Source: Deltaproteobacteria bacterium (lineage in GTDB: Bacteria > Desulfobacterota_D > UBA1144 > Nemesobacterales > CSP1-2). Taken from it: a stretch of 64,000 nt of DNA. Location of the stretch: the NCBI GenBank assembly GCA_052390235.1, contig JBQTHB010000005.1, forward strand, positions 1 to 64,000, read 5' to 3'. The position numbers and the translations under genes are program-made. The notes beneath the pieces are model-generated. The model did not search any database and was not told the origin of the DNA. It saw only the letters and a program-made list of their open reading frames with translations. Of this stretch, positions 57,189 to 64,000 are shown in pieces (positions within the stretch are counted from its first letter, which is position 1; each line of letters opens with the position of its first letter).

Positions 57189-59885
57189 TTAAACTTCGGT
57201 GTCCGCGCTGTCCCTTCGCCACTCGTCAATTAGAGACGCCACTAGAGCCGTCCAACCGGTCTGATGCGACGCCCCTATCCCAGAGCCGGTATCGCCGTGA
57301 AAGTACTCGAAAAACAGTATCAAATCCCTCCAATGGGGGTCGTCCTTAAATTTGGCGATGTTCCCATTGACCGGACGCCTGCCAGAATCGTCTTTTGTAA
57401 AAATGTTTATCATGCGGTTCGCAAGCCCAGATGCCATTTCCTCGAACGTAGCCGCAATGCCTTCGGGATTTTCAATGGTAAAGTTCGTCCCGTAAGCGAG
57501 TTTGAGCTTTTTGAGGGCCTCAATCATCATAAATGAGGTGGGAAACCACACGGGCCCACGCCAGTTCGAGTTGCCGCCCTTGATCCTCTCGACCGACTCG
57601 GCTGGCTCATAGTGTATCTCCCTGCCCTCGAACACAAGCGGATGCCTCTCGTGATATTTCGACAGACTCCTGAGGCCGTAGTCCGATAGAAACTCGTCCG
57701 GATCCCATACCCTCTCCAAAAGACGCCGCATCTGCTTCGGATTCACCAGCGCAAGCATATGCACAAGCCCCTTCGCGCCGCCGTCAATCGAGCCGACGCA
57801 CTCTTTAACTATGTCGCGCCTGTTTTTGAGAAACCAGTGGAAATTCGCATGGAAATTCGGGAACTGCTCTATCCACGCTTCCTCCAGATACTCAGTGGCG
57901 TAAAGCGGGATAAGCCCCACTAGCGAGCGTACCCTGAGTTTTTGATACCTGCCGTCGGGGTAGCAGAGCGCGTCGTAGAAAAACCCGTCGTTATCGCTCC
58001 ACATCTCGTAGCCCCCGCCCATGTTCTGCATAGCCGCGCCCACATAGGCGTAGTGCTGAAAGAACTTCGTTGCAAGCCCCTCGTAGGACTTATTCTCCTG
58101 GGCGAGTTCCAGCGCTATGCGCATGAGATTTAGACAGAACATCCCCATCCAGCCCGTAGCGTCGGACTGTTGCAGCACAGCCCCTCCCGGTATCTCATGA
58201 CTCCTGTCAATCAGCGTAATATTGTCGAGACCCAGAAAACCACCCTCGAAAATGTTATTGCCCGCGCTGTCCACTTTATTGACCCACCAGGCAAAATTAA
58301 TCATGAGCTTATGGAAGCACCTCTCAAGAAACCCCCTGTCGGCTCTGCCCGATTTTTCGCGCTCGATGTTATAGACCCTCCACACCGCCCACGCCTGAAC
58401 CGGGGGGTTTAAGTCGGAGAATTCCCATTCGTAAGCCGGAATCTGCCCGTTTATGTGCTGAAACTGCTCGAAAAGCAATATCCAAAGCTGCTCCTTTGCA
58501 AACTCCGGGTCAACAAGGGCAAACGGCACGCACTGGAAGGATAAATCCCAAGCGGCAAACCAGGGGTACTCCCACTTGTCGGGCATCGTCATAACGCGCA
58601 TCGAGTCAATATGAGACCAGCGGGTATTGCGTATATTGCGCCGCGACTCAGGGGGAGAGAACTTGGGGTCATCACCATCGATCCAAGCCTTCACGTTGAA
58701 ATAGTAGAACTGCTTACTCCAAAGAAGACCGGAAAGGGCTTGGCGCTGAATTAATCGCTCCTCGTTGGTTGCTTTCGGCGGATGCACGGTGTTGTAGAAT
58801 TCATCTGCCTCCGCGCGTCGAGCCTCGACTATCTTGTCCACATCCGCAAGGGGCTTTTTTAAGAGCTTGTCGCTGAGGCGAAGGCGCACTGTAACCGTCT
58901 CTCCTGCAGGAACCGTTATGGCGGAGTAGTGAAAGCAGGCTTTGGTTCCCCTTTTTCTCGGATTCGTGCAGTTCTCGCCGTCTATAACTTGGCGGTGAAA
59001 AGCGTCTTTAACGTAGGGTCTCCTGTTCTCAGCCCACGCGCCGAGAGTGCGCTCGGCGTTGGTCTCGTTGTTGGTAAAGAGCAGAGCCGCGCCCTCGTCC
59101 CCGTAGAGATAGCGCTCCCCAAGGCGGTATTCAAACGGGAGATTCTTCATAGTATCGGCAGGGCGGTCGTCGGCAAGGAGACTGATGAATCCCTTTCCCT
59201 CATGCCCTGGGGAAATCACCGGCTCAGGCTTCATCTCCTCGCCCCACGCCCAAGTGTTGCGAAACCACAGCTGTGGCAGAAGATGAACCGATGCCGCTTC
59301 GGGCCCCCGATTTGCCACTTGGATACGAATGCACACGTCCTCCGGGTCAGCTTTTGCATACTCGACAAATACATCAAAGTAGCGGTCGTTGTTGAATACG
59401 CCCGTGTCAACCAGCTCGTACTCGGAATCTCGGGTGCTTTGCCGGCGGCGGTTCTCCTCAATTAGCTTCGTATAGGGGAACTCCGCGTGCGGATATTTAT
59501 AGAGATACTTCATGTAGGAGTGCGTCGGCGTGGAGTCGAGATAGAAATAAAGCTCCTTTACGTCCTCCCCGTGATTAGCCTCCGAGGGCACAAGCCCAAA
59601 TAGCCTCTCCTTTAATATCTTGTCATTCCCGTTCCAAAGGGCAAGCCCGAAAACGAGAACCTGATAGCGGTCGCAAATCCCAGCGAGACCGTCCTCGCCC
59701 CAGCGGTAGGCCTTCGAGCGGGCATAGTCGTGAGGGAAGTAATCCCATGCCGTCCCCCAAGGGCTATAGTCCTCTCTGACCGTTCCCCAAGCCCTCTCGG
59801 AGACATAGGGCCCCCATTTATACCAAGGAGGCACCCCCTTTACGTTCATATTTTCCGCCAAGCGCTTGTGTTCTTTAGTCTGCAT
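57189..59885 (-). CDS. GH63/MGH1-like glucosidase
   Basis: [61 protein letters not shown]. Confidence 0.9.
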   Translation of the reverse strand: MQTKEHKRLAENMNVKGVPPWYKWGPYVSERAWGTVREDYSPWGTAWDYFPHDYARSKAYRWGEDGLAGICDRYQVLVFGLALWNGNDKILKERLFGLVPSEANHGEDVKELYFYLDSTPTHSYMKYLYKYPHAEFPYTKLIEENRRRQSTRDSEYELVDTGVFNNDRYFDVFVEYAKADPEDVCIRIQVANRGPEAASVHLLPQLWFRNTWAWGEEMKPEPVISPGHEGKGFISLLADDRPADTMKNLPFEYRLGERYLYGDEGAALLFTNNETNAERTLGAWAENRRPYVKDAFHRQVIDGENCTNPRKRGTKACFHYSAITVPAGETVTVRLRLSDKLLKKPLADVDKIVEARRAEADEFYNTVHPPKATNEERLIQRQALSGLLWSKQFYYFNVKAWIDGDDPKFSPPESRRNIRNTRWSHIDSMRVMTMPDKWEYPWFAAWDLSFQCVPFALVDPEFAKEQLWILLFEQFQHINGQIPAYEWEFSDLNPPVQAWAVWRVYNIEREKSGRADRGFLERCFHKLMINFAWWVNKVDSAGNNIFEGGFLGLDNITLIDRSHEIPGGAVLQQSDATGWMGMFCLNLMRIALELAQENKSYEGLATKFFQHYAYVGAAMQNMGGGYEMWSDNDGFFYDALCYPDGRYQKLRVRSLVGLIPLYATEYLEEAWIEQFPNFHANFHWFLKNRRDIVKECVGSIDGGAKGLVHMLALVNPKQMRRLLERVWDPDEFLSDYGLRSLSKYHERHPLVFEGREIHYEPAESVERIKGGNSNWRGPVWFPTSFMMIEALKKLKLAYGTNFTIENPEGIAATFEEMASGLANRMINIFTKDDSGRRPVNGNIAKFKDDPHWRDLILFFEYFHGDTGSGIGASHQTGWTALVASLIDEWRRDSADTEV

Positions 59886-60546
59886 TTTCTATGACCTTTA
59901 ATAAATTAATCATGCCGCCGAAAGCCCCTTCTCTATGCCCAAAAACCGACGTGCCTGCAACAAACACATCCGCCCCCGCGCGGTATGCCGAGAGGATAGT
60001 ACGCTCGTCAATGCCGCCGTCCACCTCAAGCTCACAGGAGGGATTGCGCTCCTGAATCATAAGGCGCACCTTCTGAATTTTGCGAAGCGCGCCCTCAATA
60101 AACCGCTGTCCGCCGAAGCCGGGGTTGACCGTCATAACGAGGGCGAGGTCTATCTGCTCGATAATCTCTTCGAGAACCGAGGCTGGCGTGGCAGGATTTA
60201 TGGCAACTCCGGCTTTTTTGCCGAGGCGCTTTATGTGCTGAACCGTTCTGTGGAGGTGAGGGGAGTTTTCCTGATGAACGATAACGGTGTCCGAGCCGGA
60301 TTCAATAAACGCCTCAATGTAGCGCTCCGGCTTTTCAATCATCAGATGACTTTCGAGCGGGATTGACGTCGCCCGGCGCATCGCCGCGACAACCGGCATC
60401 CCCATGCTTATATTCGGCACGAAGAACCCGTCCATAACGTCAATTTGAAACCGGTCTGCTCCGCCGCGCTCGGCATCTTTGACCTGCTCGCCGAGCCTCA
60501 AAAAATCCGCCGCGAGTATTGACGGGGCTATTTTAATTTTCGCCAT
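59875..60546 (-). CDS. rpe: Ribulose-phosphate 3-epimerase
   Basis: [38 protein letters not shown]. Confidence 0.96.
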   Translation of the reverse strand: MAKIKIAPSILAADFLRLGEQVKDAERGGADRFQIDVMDGFFVPNISMGMPVVAAMRRATSIPLESHLMIEKPERYIEAFIESGSDTVIVHQENSPHLHRTVQHIKRLGKKAGVAINPATPASVLEEIIEQIDLALVMTVNPGFGGQRFIEGALRKIQKVRLMIQERNPSCELEVDGGIDERTILSAYRAGADVFVAGTSVFGHREGAFGGMINLLKVIENAD

Positions 60547-60597
60547 TCGACTTTCCTTTTCTAATTAATTTTGCAAGAGCCGGACATTCAAATGGTA

Positions 60598-61353
60598 TTA
60601 GCCGCCGGAGAGCATCTGAGCCGCCGCCCTGTCAACCATCCAAACGAGCCTCCCGCTAGTTGGGCGCACGACCTGCGAGGGGAAAACCTCAGGCCTGTAC
60701 TCGCCCTCAAGCACAGATTTAAGAACCTGGGCTTTCTCCGCGCCCCCGGCAAGAAACACAACGTGCGAGGCGGCGTTAATGACGCGCGGGGTGAGCGTAA
60801 TTCTATAGGCGCCGAATTTCTCCACCCAAGGGGACGCCACAAGGCGCGTGTTCTCAAAAATCGCATCAGTCCCCGGAAAAAGAGAGGCGGTATGCCCGTC
60901 GGGCCCCATGCCGAGGAGAACCAAATCAAACCGCAATGCCTGTCCCTCGGAGAGATTAAAAAACCGGATGAGCTCGATTTCATACTCGTCGGCGACTCTT
61001 GCGGCGTCCGGATTTTCAGCCTTGATGCGGTGTATGTTCTCCTCAGGAATCGAAATTTTGGCGAGCATAGCCTCGTTTGCCATGCGAAAATTACTGTCGG
61101 CGTGATTCGGGGGAACGTGCCGCTCATCTCCCCAGAAGAAATGAATATCCTGCCACGGCGCTCTATCCCGAAGGGCATCGCCGGCAAGCAGGGCATAGAG
61201 GCTGCGAGGCGTAGAACCGCCGGAAAGGGCAACCGCAAACCTCCCCCGCGCCCTTACGGCTTCATTCGAGAGCGCTATAAACTCCGCCGCCGCGCGCCGG
61301 ATAATCTCATCAGAATCTGCATAAACCCTGATTTCAGAGTTGGATTTGCTCAT
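60598..61353 (-). CDS. pgl: 6-phosphogluconolactonase
   Basis: ALSGGSTP, WGDERHVP...SN, LLGMGPDGHTASLFP, RITLT. Start placed at ATG 61353. Confidence 0.95.
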   Translation of the reverse strand: MSKSNSEIRVYADSDEIIRRAAAEFIALSNEAVRARGRFAVALSGGSTPRSLYALLAGDALRDRAPWQDIHFFWGDERHVPPNHADSNFRMANEAMLAKISIPEENIHRIKAENPDAARVADEYEIELIRFFNLSEGQALRFDLVLLGMGPDGHTASLFPGTDAIFENTRLVASPWVEKFGAYRITLTPRVINAASHVVFLAGGAEKAQVLKSVLEGEYRPEVFPSQVVRPTSGRLVWMVDRAAAQMLSGG

Positions 61354-61390
61354 TGTCTCATCAAGTACAATCAACGCGGGAGTTTGCGGC

Positions 61391-62308
61391 TTACCCGCCA
61401 TAAATTTTCATTATCTTATCGAGAAATTCGAGGGCGTGAGAATGTTCTCGCTGAAACGCGTTTCTGCCCATGATGGAGCCGAAGCCGCCTCCGTCCCTTA
61501 CGGCGCGGATTTCATCAAATACGGACTCGTCGTCTTCCTTGAGCGCGCCGCCTGAGAATATCACAATCCTCCTGCCGTCAAAGCAGGATTGCACCACGTG
61601 GCGCACCCTTTCGGTGAGCGTTGCAACCGGCACTTTTGCCGACTCATAGACCTTGCGCGCCGCATCCTGCTCGATGTGAGCCGCCGGGAGTTTCACCTTT
61701 ATAATATGCGCGCCCAGCTGAGCGGCAATGTGAGCGGCATAGGCGGTTACGTCAATCGCGGTCTCCCCGTTTTTAGACAACCCTGAGCCGCGCGGATAGG
61801 ACCAAATTATTACGGCAAGTCCCTTTGCCTTTGCCTCTTCAGCGTAGGCGCGTATCTGCCCGTACATCTCTAGGCGGTGCGACGAGCCGGGGTAAATTGT
61901 AAAGCCAATGCCTACGCATCCGAGTCTTACGGCGTCGCCAACGCTCCCTGTAAGCGCCTGATAGGGGTCGCTTTCGTCAATTAACACGTCGTGGTCGTTG
62001 ACCTTTAGGATGAGCGGAATTTCTCCCGCAAAATCGCGCGCTCCGGCCTCGAGAAATCCGAGCGGGGCGGCGTAGGCGTTGCATCCGGCGTCAATCGCGA
62101 GCTGGAAATGATAGTGCGGATTGTAAGACGGCGGATTCTTGGCGAAACTTCGAGCGGGCCCATGCTCAAAGCCCTGGTCAACCGGCAGAATCACCATCTT
62201 GCCCGTGCCTTTTAACTTCCCGTGGTTCAGCATACGCGCCAAATTAGTCAGCGTGCCGGGGTTATCGCTTCCGTACCAGCTTAAGATTTCTCGCACTCTT
62301 GGAGTCAT
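61391..62308 (-). CDS. fbaB: Class I fructose-bisphosphate aldolase (DhnA/FbaB type)
   Basis: ILPVDQGFEHGP, GFTIYPGS, WSYPRG, AHIIKVK, GSIMGRN. Confidence 0.92.
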   Translation of the reverse strand: MTPRVREILSWYGSDNPGTLTNLARMLNHGKLKGTGKMVILPVDQGFEHGPARSFAKNPPSYNPHYHFQLAIDAGCNAYAAPLGFLEAGARDFAGEIPLILKVNDHDVLIDESDPYQALTGSVGDAVRLGCVGIGFTIYPGSSHRLEMYGQIRAYAEEAKAKGLAVIIWSYPRGSGLSKNGETAIDVTAYAAHIAAQLGAHIIKVKLPAAHIEQDAARKVYESAKVPVATLTERVRHVVQSCFDGRRIVIFSGGALKEDDESVFDEIRAVRDGGGFGSIMGRNAFQREHSHALEFLDKIMKIYGG

Positions 62309-62345
62309 GGCGTCCTCTCTCCTATGGATTTAGTCTTAAAATTTT

Positions 62346-63341
62346 TCATTCCCTCATAAACCTCTCGTAAAGTTCGACCTCTTCGGCGCTTCCTATGATG
62401 AGCGGGACGCGCTGATGAATAGACTCGGCTTTGATGTCGAGTATTCGCTCCGTGCCTGTGGTTGCCCGCCCTCCCGCCTGCTCGGCTAAAAATGCAAGTG
62501 GGGCGCACTCGTAGAGGAGTCTGAGCTTTCCGTCTTTGTGTTTTGTGTCCGGCGGATAGATATAGATTCCGCCCTCGAGGAGACTGCGGTGGAAGTCCGC
62601 GACCAAAGCCCCGGCGTAGCGGAGCGAATAGGGACGGCGGGTTGCGGCGTCGCGCTGGGTGAGATATTCGATGAATTTCTGCACGCCCGGATGCCAGTCA
62701 TGGTAGTTGCCGAGATTGCCGCTGTAGTAATGCCCGTGAGCGGGGCATTGAATGTTCTCGTGAGAGAGTAGAAAATCCCCGATGTCGTGGTCTAGGGTGA
62801 ACCCGTTTACGCCGCTTCCCGCGGTATAAACCAGCGCGGCGCTTGGCCCGTACATGACGTAGCCGGCGGCTACCTGCTCCGAGCCTCTCCTAAGCAAGTC
62901 CTCGGTTGTCTCTTGGTCGCCTGAGGTGATGCGGCGGTAAATTCCAAATATCGTGCCTACCGCGCCGTTTATATCCGTGTTGGAAGAGCCGTCGAGGGGG
63001 TCAACGCACAGAACGTATTTTGCCTCCCGTCCTCCTGAGACGCGCTTGGGCTCGTCTAATTCTTCCGACACAATCGCCGCGACGAGACCCGTTTCAGCGA
63101 ACGCCTCAACAACGGTCTCATTGCCGAAAATATCCAACTTTTTCTGCGAATCTCCGGTTACGTTCTTCTCCCCGCTGAGACCGAGCCTGCCCACTAAAGC
63201 CGCTCTGCGCATCTCCCGCGCGAGAATTTTTCCCGCATAAGCAACTTGATTCAGCAGCACGGCAAGCTCTGCGGCGTCTTCCCGATGACCGTGTTCATAG
63301 CTCAAAATAAACCTTGAAAGTGATACAGCCTTTGCGCTCAA
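62346..63341 (-). CDS. fbp: Fructose-1,6-bisphosphatase class I
   Basis: QKKLD, SEE, DPLDGSSN, RY.GALVADFHR, GKLRLLYEC.P. Confidence 0.96.
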   Translation of the reverse strand: MSAKAVSLSRFILSYEHGHREDAAELAVLLNQVAYAGKILAREMRRAALVGRLGLSGEKNVTGDSQKKLDIFGNETVVEAFAETGLVAAIVSEELDEPKRVSGGREAKYVLCVDPLDGSSNTDINGAVGTIFGIYRRITSGDQETTEDLLRRGSEQVAAGYVMYGPSAALVYTAGSGVNGFTLDHDIGDFLLSHENIQCPAHGHYYSGNLGNYHDWHPGVQKFIEYLTQRDAATRRPYSLRYAGALVADFHRSLLEGGIYIYPPDTKHKDGKLRLLYECAPLAFLAEQAGGRATTGTERILDIKAESIHQRVPLIIGSAEEVELYERFMRE

Positions 63342-64000
63342 TCCGCACCTCCCGTTTCAATTTGCATAGCGGCATATCGCGCCGCCCCGATAAGGGCGGT
63401 TTTATCGTTGAGTATCACGCGAACGGGTATCGCCTCCATTAACCGTCCGAGCCGCCCTTTGTCAACAAACGCCCTCATAAACGTCCCATCGGTCATTTTC
63501 CCAATGATTCTGGGAGCGACTCCGCCTCCGACGAAAACACCGCCTGTTGACATAATTTTAAGGGCGAGATTTCCCGCTTCGGCTCCATAAATCGAGACGA
63601 AAAGGGCAAGGGCTTGGGCGGCAATCTCGCAAGTTCCAGCCAAAGCGGATTCCGATACAGCCGCTGCGGGGTTGCCCTCGGCTATTTTCTCGGCAAGCCA
63701 GCCCGGCTCAGAGCCAAACTTACCCGAATCGCGCACGAAGCTATAGACGTTGAAAAGCCCTGGCCCCGACAGCACGCGCTCGTAGCTCACATGAGGGAAA
63801 CGCTTAAGCAAGTAGCGCAAAAGCTCCATCTCCACCTCGTTTCTCGGCGCAAAATCCGAGTGTCCGCCCTCACAGGCGACAGGGCGATGCCTCCTGCCGT
63901 CCCAGTATAGATAAGCCTCGCCCAGTCCCGTTCCGGCGGCGATAACAGCGGCGTTCCCCTCGGCTCCAGCGGCTCCGGGATTGAGAACGGCGAAATCCTC
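63338..64000 (-). CDS. glk: Glucokinase (5' end lies beyond the window)
   Basis: Frame is open to the window edge: ...AAVIAAGTGLGEA...EGGHSDFAP...VSYERVLSGPGL...GGVFVGGGVAPRI...F.DKGR. Confidence 0.93.
   Translation of the reverse strand, partial: EDFAVLNPGAAGAEGNAAVIAAGTGLGEAYLYWDGRRHRPVACEGGHSDFAPRNEVEMELLRYLLKRFPHVSYERVLSGPGLFNVYSFVRDSGKFGSEPGWLAEKIAEGNPAAAVSESALAGTCEIAAQALALFVSIYGAEAGNLALKIMSTGGVFVGGGVAPRIIGKMTDGTFMRAFVDKGRLGRLMEAIPVRVILNDKTALIGAARYAAMQIETGGAD

Noticed and set aside
60571..61473. 300-aa plus-strand ORF and the many other 60-220 aa overlapping ORFs in the track
   Set aside because: They are antisense or alternate-frame shadows of well-supported genes (here pgl) with no recognisable motifs.
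1..64000. CRISPR arrays, rRNA, IS elements, prophage or defence systems
   Set aside because: No regularly spaced repeats, rRNA-like tracts, transposase, integrase or phage genes were recognised.

Overview
Gene-dense bacterial chromosomal window. The housekeeping gene set and order suggest a deltaproteobacteria-like Gram-negative lineage, possibly Ca. Dadabacteria (inference only). Positions 1-37000 are mostly core genes: alaC, two rlpA paralogues, moaE, panBCD behind a probable pan RNA motif and terminator, rsmD-coaD-aspC, nhaA, rpsB-tsf-pyrH-frr, tRNA-Ser(UGA), rsmI, gatCA, gshB, a MoxR/VWA pair, rpoN-hpf-ptsN-hprK-rapZ-EIIA, dprA, a rhodanese with a SufU/IscU-like partner, and comEA. This part also holds a vitamin-K-dependent carboxylase-like gene, a cytidylyltransferase/CDP-alcohol transferase pair and three small ORFs missing from the supplied track. 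The standout is a ~20 kb locus (37204-57080) of two convergent arms that together look like a complete, apparently uncharacterised trans-envelope electron-transfer system. The minus arm encodes an FAD/NAD(P)H oxidoreductase fused to two cNMP-binding domains and a 4x[4Fe-4S] domain, a bis-His di-heme membrane protein, and an FHA-TM-decaheme cytochrome. The plus arm encodes a double GlcG/HbpS-type lipoprotein, an outer-membrane beta-barrel, a decaheme-LVIVD beta-propeller protein and a pentaheme cytochrome. I count 25 putative c-heme sites in total. Between the arms lie two mosaic tandem DUF4331 paralogues with Cys-containing C-terminal sorting signals and a TPR lipoprotein. The window ends in a sugar-phosphate operon (glk partial, fbp, fbaB, pgl, rpe, GH63-like glucosidase). 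No CRISPR array, rRNA, transposase or integrase was seen. All family calls are motif recognition by eye, not database searches.
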